Source of the DNA: Thalia democratica
Taxonomy: Eukaryota
Direction: 5' to 3'
NCBI GenBank assembly: GCA_965202585.1
Contig: OZ241828.1
Coordinates: 36,208,001-36,272,000 of the forward strand
Length of the DNA: 64,000 bases
Positions within the stretch are counted from its first letter, which is position 1. Each line of letters opens with the position of its first letter. Made by a program: the position numbers and the translations under genes. Below are positions 1-12,570 of this stretch, piece by piece. The notes beneath the pieces were generated by a model. That model was not told where the DNA came from. It ran no database searches and saw only the letters and a list, made by a program, of their open reading frames with translations.

Positions 1-469
1 ACTGCAATTCAAAGGAAAATTCCATCGATAGGCTAGTTAATCTTTACAAAACTCTTATTTTTACTGTATTAAAAAATAATGGCCAGATTTGTCACATCTA
101 AAAAAATAAAACAAGCTTGAAAAAAATAAAATATTGATTTAGGTCTAATTTGTAAGACTTTATATATATTTTTTATACTTAAAAAATAAGAAAACGCTCA
201 AAAACTTAAATATCCGCTATTTAGTAAGCTTTGAAAATTCTTTTTTATTCTTATCGCAAAAAATGTTTCGAATTAAAAAAAAGCTTACGTATATGTAATT
301 AATAAGATTACAATAGTGAAAAAAAAAGTTAAAATAAATAATTCTCAACTACTAAAAATTATTACAAGTTGAATAGTCGTTAATAGAATTGTTAGATTTT
401 GAAAATTTATGCAGCCAATTTTTAAAACCTTAAAATGAAGGAATAAGTGTAACTAAACCCAGTACAGCT

Positions 470-700
470 AATTCGAAGATCATCTTTCAAGTTTTTTAAG
501 GTTGCACATAATGCTTTCGCAACTGCGATTTAGTTCAACGAGTCACGTGACATAAAGTGAAAATTTCATTGTATTGATCTCAATGATTTCCACACAAATG
601 GAATGGCAACACGAGTCTTGCTGCCCGCTGCGATTTGTTTTTGTAAAACTTGCGTTAACTAAAATATTATCTGCCAACATGAAAAAAGTTGATTGAACAC
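470..700. promoter_or_regulatory. Paralog-conserved non-coding element U1 (partner ~46520-46745)
   Basis: Alignable island with GAATGGCAACACG conserved in both copies. Function is inferred. Confidence 0.55.
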
Positions 701-1485
701 CTTAAATACAAGTTAAGATAACAATAAAAAATTTAATCCTGACAGAAACACACTTTTTTTTGTCTTTATTTAGTAAAACCAAAACTAGGTAGTTTTAGGC
801 AGTTATAAGTAGAAAATATTTTATTTTTGGAAATTTTTTTAACCTTTTTATATAAAATTAGCCGAAACTGACTAAAATTATTAAAATACTATGAAAAAAA
901 TTAGCAAAAGCACAACGGAAATTAAAAACAACATTTATTAGTTTTAACAAAGTTTGTAGAACTAGCAACTACTGCACAAACTTTTTTGTTTTATGCAGCT
1001 TGTTCTTAATACATATCGTAAAAAAAAAGTAAACTAAGCAATCAAACTAAGTGTAGTAGTTTTTCTAAAATTAATAAAACTTAAAAACAAATTTAGAAAA
1101 AGCAGACGAAAAAATAGTAAGCACACAAAAAACGAAGTAATGCAAATTAAATAGGAATTAGTTTAAATTTTTCTGAAGTTTTATAAATAATAAGATAAAC
1201 AAATAGGACCTATTTGTCAAATTTTTTGTCAAATTACAATAACACATTAACATCTCATTAACACAACCAATTCAACATCCATTTAAGTTACAAAAGTTTG
1301 CTTCAAATTTTCCTTGACTCGAGACTCTCCTGTAACATTCGATTCAGAAATTATCGACAAGAATTACAATGATGTTGTTGTGAAACGGTCGCAACTAACT
1401 GTTTGACGAGTTCCACAAGTTTGCTGTAGTTCTCATTTTGCATACAACTCTTACAGCTTACTCGATTCATTACAAATGATACCTG

Positions 1486-1735
1486 ATGTTCTATACGCAA
1501 AAACACATACTGCATGTTTTTATGCGACCCGGCAGCGACAATTTCAAACTTTCCACAATACCTGAGAGAGGTTCATTCCTCATTGTGATATCCTGCGGGA
1601 GTTTTAACATTGCGCGCGATCGTAATATTCTGCTCGGTAGCGAGATTTTATCACCACTAAACAGACGGCTCCAATGTGAGCGCGTGCGTATGCGGCTGAT
1701 AAGAGATAAAAAAACTGTTTTTGAATCTCAGTCAA
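1486..1735. promoter_or_regulatory. Paralog-conserved element U2, GATA-rich (partner ~48056-48305)
   Basis: A ~150-bp core (1582-1730) is over 90% identical between copies. It has tandem GATAAGAGATAA plus TTATCA sites and a CG-rich core, and also carries a conserved ORF (see findings). Confidence 0.75.
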
Positions 1736-2589
1736 CAAATTTTGTGTTTTGAAGTAGTTTGAGCTGGTTGAACTGTTTTAATACAACTTGAAATGAAAAT
1801 CATTAGAATACTTTATAGATATGTTTTATTAATTTTTTAAACATTGTTTTGTAACAATTTAATACTGTAGAAATTATTAAAATAACCTGAGAAGCTTAAA
1901 ACTTGAAAAGGGATTCTTGTTTATGTAATAATAATTTTAACCTTAATATAGTTTAAATTATTTCAGTAAAACTAATATGTTTTAAGCAACTTTTGAAACT
2001 TTATTACAGTGTAATTAATCTGTAGTTAAAGCTATAAACTTAGCACGTTATGTTAATACATTGGTGCAATGTTAGCTTATATATTTAAGCTGCCTTAATT
2101 TATTTTAAAATAGATTGAAGCTCTTGCTTTATTTAAAAACATAAACGCATTTTTGATAATTAGGTTGTGTACAAAAGCTTAACCGCATTGTTTTTTAATT
2201 TAATCAATTCAAATTTAATTAAATCAATCATGTTTACACTCTAACTTTAAAGCTTATAATTTACATAAAAACTGTTTTTATACAACATTAATTTCGAGCA
2301 AAAAAAAAAATAGTTTGTTTATTATGTAGTGTTTGTAAAATAAAGTCACTAAATATAGTGTTTTTTGTACTGTATTAAAAGTATAAATGTTTATAGCAGA
2401 AACCTTTGTTTTCAAATTACTAATTGTGCAACTTTGTTATTATTTCAATCACGATAGCTTTATAAATAAGCATAAAACAGCATTAAAGGAAAAATTATAA
2501 GTAAAAAGTTACATTAAAAGAATAAGTTTAAAACTGTTTTTATTACAGTCTGAAAACAAAAACAGGGCTAAAAAAGTTTTTGAGATGAA

Positions 2590-2960
2590 AACAAAAGTTT
2601 GCTTTGATGATGAGTTGGTAGGTTCACGTGTAAATCGGACATTTTAGTCACTTTTTACACGTGTTTTCACCTGAATTTCACTCAACATTCGAAAATGACC
2701 AGCAACTATCAATCAATATGTTACCTCTTAATTACAAAAAATATAACGCGACATTGTTACGTCATGTAGAGCTTCGCACATCCGTTTTGGAACTTGCATG
2801 CGCTGCGTTTTATTTCCGCCTGAATACTTACATTTTTCTGCCACTTTTTTCATTGATTGATTATATTTTGTCGTGTCGTGATTTCATAGACATTCTGGAT
2901 GCACAGCTAGCCAGCATTCGTGTCTAGAAAGTAGCCACCTGTCTCGATTTAAATTGTATT
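2590..2960. promoter_or_regulatory. Paralog-conserved element U3 (partner ~49058-49410)
   Basis: Conserved CTTTGAT (TCF-type; 2602 and 49068), TTCACGTG and TTACGTCA motifs. Confidence 0.65.
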
Positions 2961-3964
2961 ATTTCTACGCTGCTTCTATTAAGTAGATTGATGTAATAAG
3001 TTTTAATGGTATTAGAGTAGAAAAAAAATGTTTTCATACAATCAACTTTTAAAATACTATACAATACATTGATTAATTTTGTTCTACGAATTTATGCTTA
3101 AGACTAATAAAATTAAGCAAAAACAGTTTTGTAACACTTTAACTTGAATGTGAGTTTTACTAACTTTTTTCTCATACAATCAAAATCATAGCAATAAGCA
3201 CTATTGCAAATATAAGCTTCCAACTGCATTTGAAAGTAACAGTTTTAGATTTTTTTCATAAAATTATGCGGAAGCTAGTTAAATGAAATTTACGATAGTA
3301 AAAAGATGACTGTCAGAAGGAAACTTTTATACCGGATATTTGCACACAATAAAATTTAGTTTTTATTTGAAACCCTTTTTGATGAGTTACTGCTACAACG
3401 AAATCACTTTATTTAAAAGATATAAAAGAAGACTAGATTAATAGACTTTTATTATTTTTTACAGTTATTCACAATCGTAATTATTTTTTTGATTAGATTT
3501 TTAGTATAATCGACAGAATTAAATTAAAACATGTTAAACTAGTAGTTATGAATCATGAAAAAATCTAATTTATAATTTAAGTATGTTTGCTAATGATTGG
3601 TACCGTCTAGAACATTTCATGAAAAAAAAAACTATTTATTTTGTAAACTTCCTAATAAAGCTATAATTCTAATCTTTTAAACTTTGAGTTTAATTTAAAG
3701 CAGAAAAAATTGGTTTTTGTTAACAAATTATTTTTAATGACTTCATTAGAAGTTTACATTTATTTCTGGTACAACCATTTTAATCCTCTAACCATATATA
3801 ATCATATAATCCTTTTTAACAACTTCACAAGAAACTATTTTTTGTTCAAATAAGACAATTATGCAACAATGCACTTGCAAAACAAAACTATATAAAAGTA
3901 CAACACGATTCAAAAAAATCCAGAGATAATAAATAATATTTGTTTAGTAAACTTATATTATTTG

Positions 3965-4200
3965 CATTGCTGTCGATCAGTATACAAACACGACCGGTTG
4001 CTAACAGCAACGCGTTTCTATGCAACATTCACGCGTGAGCGATCACATCAAAGCACTACTGTTAAGCTTGAATCAAACTTCGAAAGTATTTTATTTTATT
4101 GTGTGATTTTCCACAGCAATTACTACCTTCGCATCATCTGGTCGGGATTTAAAACAAATCCTCTGTCTTGTTGCGACCTGATGAAAGCAAAATAACTTAA
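3965..4200. promoter_or_regulatory. Paralog-conserved element U4 with RFX X-box-like site (partner ~50300-50545)
   Basis: A near-identical ~100-bp core contains GTTGCTAACAGCAAC (3997-4011 and 50398-50412). Confidence 0.7.
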
Positions 4201-5349
4201 ACGGCTATGTTTTCTTGTTCTCACACAGTAAATGCAACCGGAATACTTGAAATGAAAACACATGCATAAAAATCAAATAAATCCTTTGAGTAAATTACGC
4301 TTGTATTTCACCATCCAAATATATTCTTATCAAAGTCTTCAAAACTTCAAACATAATTCTACTTCTAGCTGCTAATTCCATTGGCGCGACAGGAAAAAAG
4401 GAATTATTTGCAACTATGAAATTTAATTAAGGATTAGCAGAGTTGTTGGAACTCTCATTATCTACAAAGTCTTCACACACGAGAGAGTTGTAGCAACCAT
4501 CAATCTTTTGTGAAGAATGCACTAATGTGTGTTTGTTGTAAACTTGGTTGATTATTTTGCATTAGTTCGTGTGAGGTTTAGTTTTATAAGTTTAGATGAA
4601 GTTATAACTTAATGCATACTGAGCAGCTTAGATTTATTTTTAGTTAAAACATTTTTTTTTTCTGTTAACTTATATCTTTTATACACATAAACGCTAAGGT
4701 TTTAATAACAATGTGCAATTTAAATTTGTAAAAACATTATGCAGTTGTTGACATACAAATATGTTACAAACCTACAATTATTTTTCTTCGGCGTTAATTG
4801 TTGTAACCAGAGCTTTTATACTAAACTTTGGTTTATAATTATTAAGGTCAAACTGCAAACAGAAGCCGCACGATATAAAAGATTAATCGTCATATATAAA
4901 AAAAAATGTAAATATTTTTCTTTTCTAGAACTTATTTATTAGTAAAAGAAGAGTATTTGACTAACTTATGTTTACCTTAAATACTCTCAGTAGTTCCACA
5001 AAGCATAGAAAGCTTAAAAATAAAATAAAAACTCAGTTGAAATAGTTTTTATTTATTTTTAAACTAATCTTTAGTTTGGTTTTAGATTGACAAGTTTAGC
5101 TCGTACTTTAAAAATTTGATACGGTTTGACTGACAGGTACTTTGATGCATGAATTTTTATTGTTTCGTGTCAATTGTTATCAATGCGTTTGCTTCTAAAA
5201 TTTATACCTTCCGTGAGAAACAGAAATATTTATATATTTTACAAAACCGACTAGACTTCTGAAATTTAGTTCTTCCGTGAGAGATATTTAAATATTACTT
5301 TTACAAAAACGACTGAAATTAAACGGACTGTAACGACAAAAAACTCATT

Positions 5350-7530
5350 TTTACAGCTTCTTACAAATTAACTTACAGGTTCCACAGCTGATTTTAATAA
5401 ATATTAGTTTAACCATTAAGGTGGCAATAAACTTGGATGATGTTTACGCAGAAGCAACTTTTCCACAACTTGTCTTAAAATGACAGCTACAATTTGAAAA
5501 TTTCCTTAATAGCAATTCAAACAAAACACTTTTGCGCGCCCCTCGTCAAATCAAAAGTTTACTTTTGCTCATTTTGCAATCTGGCCTGGTTAATCTTGAA
5601 ACATTTTAACAGCGTAATATATTGGTCATGTGACAGAAATGTGCATAAAGACGAAAAAAAAAGCAAACGAAAAGCTTTTAACTCTTCAAAGCTTCTGGTT
5701 GTATAATTAATAACAGTTGTTCTGAGTAAAACACAGGTAGCTTTGACATTGATGAGCAATAAAGATAATGGAAAACAAACAGGATTTTGCTTTTAATGAT
5801 TTATACAAATAAGGAAGACTTTTTCTATGCACCTTGATGCTCGAATTTCAATAACATGACATCTCTCACATGCTAATTGTGTCAAAGTTATTTCGTCATA
5901 ATAATTGACGTTAAAAGCATGTCATACATGAAGGGTGGTAAGTATTCTGTTACAAGTTAGCATGTTAACAATAAGTACTTTATTGATTTTTGTTCAAGAA
6001 TTATTTAAGCTGTTTCATAAAAACAAAACTAAAGTTTTGTATAAACCGGGTAAAATAACCTAGCTGGAAAGTCACAAGTTTAAAGAGTTGTGTTTGTTTT
6101 GTTTGCTTAAAGTAGCTGTAATGGCAATGTTCAATTGCTCGCCTAATGTTTTTATTATCTTGTGATTAGCCGTGAATTGTGTTAAAAACATGTCAAGATT
6201 ATTATCATTCTTATTATTAACACTTATCAAAACTTTTTGCTGTTCCTTAACCGTGGCACAAGTAACAAATCCCTTTTCCAGAGAGAAAATACCTTAAACA
6301 CTTAGAAAAAGGTCGGTGACGTAAGAAGTTTCAAAGGCTCACGTAGGCATCAAGTTAAAAAACTTAAGGTTGTTAAGACACATATAACAATTACTTGCGA
6401 ATACAAGTTTGTGCTAAAAAATTCTTAGGTTGTGCTTTAATTTAATATTTAAGATTTATAGAAGTTGCAAAGCTAAAAATTTTACTCGTACTTGTCTTTG
6501 GGAAGTAAAGTTAGTTTTTGCTATTATAAGAAGGTGATTTATAAGACTTACAGTTTAGACTTTTTTTAGATAAGATACTAAATGACCCCTAAAAAAACAT
6601 ACAGTGGGTTTAGAAAAAATTGATATCTTATTATCCAACCGTGTGTTTATACTCAAATTAAAAGGTTTGAAACTGAGTTTACGCCTAACTATTTTTTTTC
6701 AAAACAAAACAAGGTGTCCGGAGTATTTTGTATTTCATGTTAATTTTATCTGAAAAACTATAAAGTTATAAGTTTGTAACAGAATAGTTGTACATTCATT
6801 TGTTTTCTTAGAAAAATTAAACTGCTTATAAAAATATAAGAAATCTTATAGGCAAATATATTAAACTTTATCCCAAATATTTTAGTTTTAAGGTATATTT
6901 TGAAAAACTATTTTATAGAAAAAGCAGCAAGAAGTACTATAGTTAATTTAAAGGCTGAAGCTTTAAAAAGTATAGACGGATACAATTTTTAGCATTCATC
7001 AGTATCAAGACTTGAACTTAACTTTTTTTTAAGTAAAGCCTTGGCTGAGTAACAATAAAATTTGCGGCGCGGGTGATTTAACCATAACGTGTAACCTTGA
7101 GAAAAGCGAATTTCAACCAAAAGCCAACTTGAACTTGTAGGATTATCTTGTTAAATTACTAATCAAATCGTTTCTCTTGTACAAATGTAGACCTAACTAA
7201 GCTCTTATGTATGGTACATATGATTTAAAAAAAAACTTTGCTAAGTTGAACGCATACAATTTTCAAGATTATGGTTTTTCAAATTTTTTTTTAAAGCTTC
7301 CCTAGAAAATTTACTATAGCTTAAACTCTCTATTGTACAGTTGTTTAACTATCTATTTGACTGCTTAAAAGGGCACACCTTAAAACTCCTGACCAGATTG
7401 TCAACAAATCCGTTAGGTTGTCTGGATTGCTCAGAGTCCGGACTTTTTTTTGAAGGTTATTTCTTACTTCTGTAGAATTTTGACGCTTCTGTCGGCAGGA
7501 TATCATAGAAACTTTCAGATTTTAGAACTA
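5350..7530. promoter_or_regulatory. Cluster of paralog-conserved upstream elements U5-U7 (partner ~51215-53530)
   Basis: Several colinear alignable blocks (about 5350-5790, 5880-6430 and 7050-7530) are separated by unalignable AT-rich DNA. Confidence 0.55.
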
Positions 7531-8417
7531 TTTTCGACAGTAGATGTGTAAATAAAAATTCAAATAAGGCAATGAATTATTATCAGATGGCTAAAGAATT
7601 AGGACAAACATACTTACTTTGTTATAAAGAAATGCAAATCAAACAATTTAACACATGTTTTATTTAAAACGTTTTTGTTTCCACAACACAACTCAGCGTT
7701 TCGAATTTTGTTTACAGGTAGCGCTTTATATTTTAAAGTTAACTTGATATAGTAGATAAAGGGTTAAGCAAAAAAAAAAAAACTTGTAGTCAGTTTATGA
7801 TGATTGAAATACATTTTATATTCTATGTACTGATTATTTTCATAACATTTCTTTTTATGAGAGCTTGTATAAGCTTTTTAAATGTTAAGTTGGAATAGCA
7901 AAAATCAAGTACAATAAGAAGTTAAAAAGTTTTATGTAGAATCTTTAATTAAATTTAATATAAAACATCTTCTAGAAAATTAAAGTTTTAGTATTTGTAC
8001 ATTGAACAGCAATAATTTACTCAAAAAGTAGATGTATTTAGTTAAACATGACTTTAACTAGTATAATTTTTGGGTGTCGTACTGTTTTATTTCGGTTACG
8101 TGTTATAAACATTGGTTTTTTATCAATTTGAATAATAAAACTTTATCAAAAAACTAAAAACACACAATTTTGTTAGAGTGCTGTAAACTCAACACTAAAC
8201 CACTGGCAATTGTAAAACTTATACACTATCTTAAACGACCGATTTTTTTTTACATTTATCTCCTTTTTCTTTGTCTCGTTTTAACGATAAGAGTGTAGAA
8301 AAAAAAGTTCATTTATTGTACAAGTCATATGTAGACAGCATTTTTCATTTTGAATTTTTTTCAGCTTTTAGCAACATCAAGTTTGCTCTTAAAACAGTTT
8401 TGCGAATTCCATCCAAT

Positions 8418-8457
8418 AGTTCATAAGCGTCATAAAATCGGCCAATCAGGACATCAG
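8418..8457 (+). promoter_or_regulatory. Conserved ATG-proximal block with CCAAT motif (partner 54410-54449)
   Basis: GTTCATAAGCGTCATAAAAT..GCCAATCAGGACATCAG is nearly identical in both copies immediately before the ATG. Confidence 0.6.
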
Positions 8458-8764
8458 ATGAAAACCTCGCAGGTCGCTTATTTGACAGGAGATTTTAACG
8501 TTTCGCCTAAAAGTGGGAAGAACAAATTTGACAGCTTTCAATTGGACGATACGACGCCACCTTACGGCTACTACTCGGTGGACAGCACCCAGGAAGTCTT
8601 CTCGCCTGGATGCAACTATCAAGCAGGGGGAAGCACCGAAGGCGAAATGGACTTTAACTCGAACCAGGGACATGTTTCGAGCCAGGGGATGACCCCAATA
8701 TCGAGCGGGTTAAGTCAGATAATGATGCCTCAAAATGTAGAAAACACGCAACAAATAAATAATT
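8458..8764 (+). CDS. Isl: Islet LIM-homeobox gene copy A, coding exon 1 (N-terminal region MKTSQVAYLT...TQQINN)
   Basis: The ATG and a gap-free ORF are conserved with copy B (54450). A phase-1 donor T|GTAAAT lies at the position aligned with G|GTTAAT in copy B and matches the phase of exon 2. An alternative phase-1 donor A|GTCAGA after 8713 also exists in both copies, so the exon end is ambiguous. Confidence 0.7.
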
Positions 8765-9439
8765 GTAAATAAGTTTGTGTTTCCTTTAGTTTATTATTTT
8801 TAGTTATAACTTTTGGTTAAAAATATTTTTAAGTTTGTGATAGAGTTTAAAATACTAATAGAGCTCGATAAGTTAGTATATCACGTTGCTAGCCTAACAA
8901 AAGAAAGAAAGATGACTTTTTTATATACTTATATTTAATCAAAAATTAATTATAAGGTTTTATTGGTAAAATTTTTATTTAGAAACGAAAATAGTTTTAT
9001 TGAGCGTTTTATTAACCATAACATGAGCGTAAAAAAATCATTATTGTTTTAATGCTAGAAGGCTATTAAAATTTTTGATCAAAAATGTTGTAGGTTAATA
9101 AATCTTAGTTTTGAAGTTACACGACACAAATAAAATGGCGTTTTATCGATTGGAAGTACGAACTGAAAAAGCTCAGTTGCAATTAATAAATAACTAAAGT
9201 TCTTATAAAATAGTAAAAATTACAAAAATCAGCTATTTAAACTCTGAGATAAAACACTTTTTAGATGATAGAAATGCCACAAATATTGATCACTCAAAAC
9301 TTAAAAGTTTCAGATGGTACTTATTTAGCTATTAAAAAATAAGCAACCGATTAGCAGTAAAATTTTTGGACCAAACATTGGTATCATTCAGTGGGAAAAG
9401 TTAAATTGTTAGTTGTTTGATTAATAAATTACAAGTTTT

Positions 9440-9690
9440 ATAGACGCCGGTACAAGCTCGTTGTAAAAATTCACGCAAATTTGAAGCGAATTAAGCGGCC
9501 ATTATCCCGGTGAACCAATGTAGCTACCAGACGATAAACCATTGAGAATTTTTTTTATTAAAAAAACGTTGTATTCATTTAACTCGCTTTATCCTTTTTT
9601 AAGCCGTAACAAGGTGAATTTGTGTATGATTTTTTTCCGGTGGTCGATTTTACTTTTATTGGATGAAGTTATGCGAAATGCGAAGTTAGC
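9440..9690. promoter_or_regulatory. Paralog-conserved intron 1 element (partner ~55395-55636)
   Basis: Conserved AATTAAGCGGCCAT.ATCCCGGTGAACCAATGTAGCTACC and TTTCCGGTGGTCG blocks. Confidence 0.65.
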
Positions 9691-9925
9691 CATTGTTTCT
9701 ACTGCTAAATTTTTTGTTGCAAAAAAAAAATGTATAGTATTACTTAAAAATAAAAAAAGATTTAGTAAATGGATTTAAGTACAGAAAGCACGATTAAATT
9801 GTCAAACATTTATCCAAATTTTTTAAAGGTTTTTTTTTACAAACATTGCTAAGGCACAAACAGATTCACTATAAGGCTCATGACTTAACTAAGTTTTTTC
9901 ATATATTTTAATTAAGTTTTTTCAG

Positions 9926-10106
9926 GTTTTACAAGGCGTTGCATGGGGTGCGGTTACCTAATTCACGGCCCCTACATCAGCACGTCACAAGGGGTCGACT
10001 GGCACTCACAGTGTCTCAAGTGCGCCGCATGCGGATGTAACCTGGGAGATATGAGAACCTGCTTTATCAGGGACGACAAACCTTACTGCAAAAACGACTA
10101 TTATCA
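9926..10106 (+). CDS. Isl: Islet copy A exon 2, LIM domain 1
   Basis: ttttttcag| acceptor and CA|GTTTGT donor. Encodes CMGC-x17-H-SQCLKCAAC...YCKND, a LIM zinc-finger pattern resembling Isl1 LIM1. 181 nt in both copies. Confidence 0.95.
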
Positions 10107-12481
10107 GTTTGTTTTAACTATAATTAGTTGTAATAATAAACTAAAGTTTTTTAAAAAGCAAGCATCTATACAATTTTCATGAGAAAGATTTAGTTTACTT
10201 ATATTTATTATGTCATAAATTTAAAAATGACAGAGTTATTTAGTACTGTAAAAAAGTAAAACATTTAATAATCATGTACATAATGTATACAAAATAATTT
10301 TTTTTTGGAAAATATTGTTTTATAAATAATTGATTTTTGTTTAAACAGCTAGTAAAGATACGAATACAAAAAAATATGAGTTATATATACACATAAGTTC
10401 ATGTCTAAATTTAAATAAATAGTTTTAATACATCAAACAAGTTATTAAAGTAAAAATATAAAGCAGTTTATTTCAAAGTAGTACATTACAAACAAAGTTT
10501 GTGAACTACAATGTTTTGTTAGATTAACTTACAACAAAAAAAATCAACTAACAATAAAATCAACCTTGAGAAAGAAAGACCTTGGCGCACTGCAAAAACT
10601 TACTTTAAAACTTGAATGTCAAATAAAAGCGATGATATCAATTTGAAGTTGCAATTGGCACGAAATCGATTGAAGAATATTCAACTAATGCTTCAGAAGC
10701 TTTTAATCCTAACGGAGTTGACTTAAAACACCTGTCTGAAAAAATACTTCCGAACTCTTTGGCAAAACTTTGGAGGTTTACAAAAATATTTTCACATGTG
10801 TCAAATTGATTAAGCTCAGTGTGTTTAATAAATTTGGATTATTTATTATAGTTAGAAAAAATAAAATTGAAAAAACAAAAAAAGTTTAAAACGATGTAAA
10901 ACAGCTTCTGTTTGAAACTTGTATTTTATACAATACATTCTATGTTATAAAGTTGCGTAAGAATTTAGTCAAACCTAATAATGACAAATTTTAGAGTAAA
11001 GTTTAATAAAGAAAGTATATATTTTACTATGAAAATAAATAAGGTTTTTTTAACAATGAACAACTTAAGATTTCGAAGTAAAAAACTTGATAAGCAAATA
11101 TATATGCAAAACAAATGTCACTAGTTAATCTTTTAAGCTTACGCTCAGATATAAATAAATTAATTATTTGTTCATAACATCACTACTCTACGCAATGCAA
11201 ACACTCACACTTTACCCATAACATCGGAAATTGTTCATTACATCATTACTCTATTACATCAGTTATTTTGAAAAAATTATATTTTTTGATCTTAGTAATT
11301 CTTTTTTTGCAAATCGAGTTTTATCAAAAGATTGTTAATTTCAACTTCATATACTCATTATATAGTTTTAAACTTTTAAATTTTACAGTTTCAGTGTTTT
11401 TTTTAATAAAAAAAATAAATAATAAAAGCTATTTAAGTATAAGTATTTATATAAGTAAATATCTAAATATATATAAACCACTGCAGAGCAATTAAAAGTA
11501 CATTTCGAAAACTAAAGGTAAACTTCAATGTGAAAAAACATTTTAGTTTTTTCCTTGATTTTTGGCAGTTAGTAATTCAGCTGTGCATTTTTGATAAGCC
11601 TTAAAAGCCAACAACAAAATGTTTTAATTGTCTAATCATCGACAATTATCAAGATTTTTTTCACTTGTTGACTGCTAGTGTTAATTTAAAAAACAAATAT
11701 TTAACTAAAATCGAGATGATTTTAAAATTCCGCGCGACGAAGTTTATTTTGTTTGGTAAATAAAAAAAAATATGACATAAAACAAAACATTTCTAGTCGT
11801 TTGTAAAGTATTTTATAAACCGAAAACTGTTAAGTGTTATTTTTTACTTAACTTTTTTTTTGTCTTATAGAAGCTAAAAAGATAACAATTATAAAAAAAC
11901 ATTTGATTATCACAGTATTTCGAAAATTGTATGGGTAAGTTTTTGTAAAAGTTTTTATTTTGGTAAGAATATAATTAAATTTAAAGAATAAAAATAGACC
12001 AGCGACATACTTACCCAAATACTTTTAAACAAACACATTATAATAACATACAATAATACATATATTTTTAAGTGTTGTTTTTCAGTTATCTTTTTTAGTT
12101 TAACAGAAAAAGCTAAGCAGTTTAATGACTTTAAAAGTATTTAACTTGGCTTATTTTTAAAAATCAAAGTGTCTTTTAAGTAAGATTTCATTAAAGAAAT
12201 CGATATTCTTATTATGAAAATATATACAAGTAAACAAAAAAAAAAAACATAAACACACCAGCGACTAAGTTATTCAAACACTTTTAAACATACACATTTT
12301 AACAATTTGAAACTACCTACAAAAATGTCATCCATACTTTCGAGTGGCTATTGATTGTTTTACAAATCAGATTAACTTCATTAAAATCAACTTTTTACAT
12401 GTGTGACTTTAAAAAATTCAAAATAAACGCTAAAAAATTAAGTTCGTCTTACCACTATGTAAATTGTTTAACCAATCTCAA

Positions 12482-12570
12482 AATTCACACTTCTCATAAA
12501 TAAAACGGTCGTGTGACAGAAAAGTGTCTGTTTGTTTTGTTCCATTGTCAGCAGTCTCATAAATATTTCA
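12482..12570. promoter_or_regulatory. Near-invariant intron 2 element (partner 58734-58823)
   Basis: 89 nt identical except for one T indel. Contains CTCATAAAT twice, TGACAG in both orientations, TGTTTGT and CATTGT. Confidence 0.8.

Noticed and set aside
2661-2927. ORFs at 2661/49064 and 5494/51192 in paralogous islands
   Set aside because: Reading frames shift or differ between the copies, so conservation is not at the protein level.
3962-4195. ORF sharing DRLLTATRFYATFTRERS...KLESNFESIL with 50381-50644
   Set aside because: The shared peptide simply reflects the conserved element. Starts and ends differ, and a 62-bp non-triplet insertion interrupts copy B.
5208-5314. Degenerate 64-bp tandem duplication
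   Set aside because: Small local duplication in non-conserved spacer DNA, absent from copy B, with no functional sign.
8446-8673. Minus-strand ORF over exon 1
   Set aside because: Antisense shadow of the coding exon with no independent support.
11268-11495. F/I/K/L-rich ORFs (11268, 24141, 33405, 40468, 44869, 45772 and similar)
   Set aside because: Their composition is that expected from random AT-rich DNA, many start at TTG, and they show no domains or paralog conservation.
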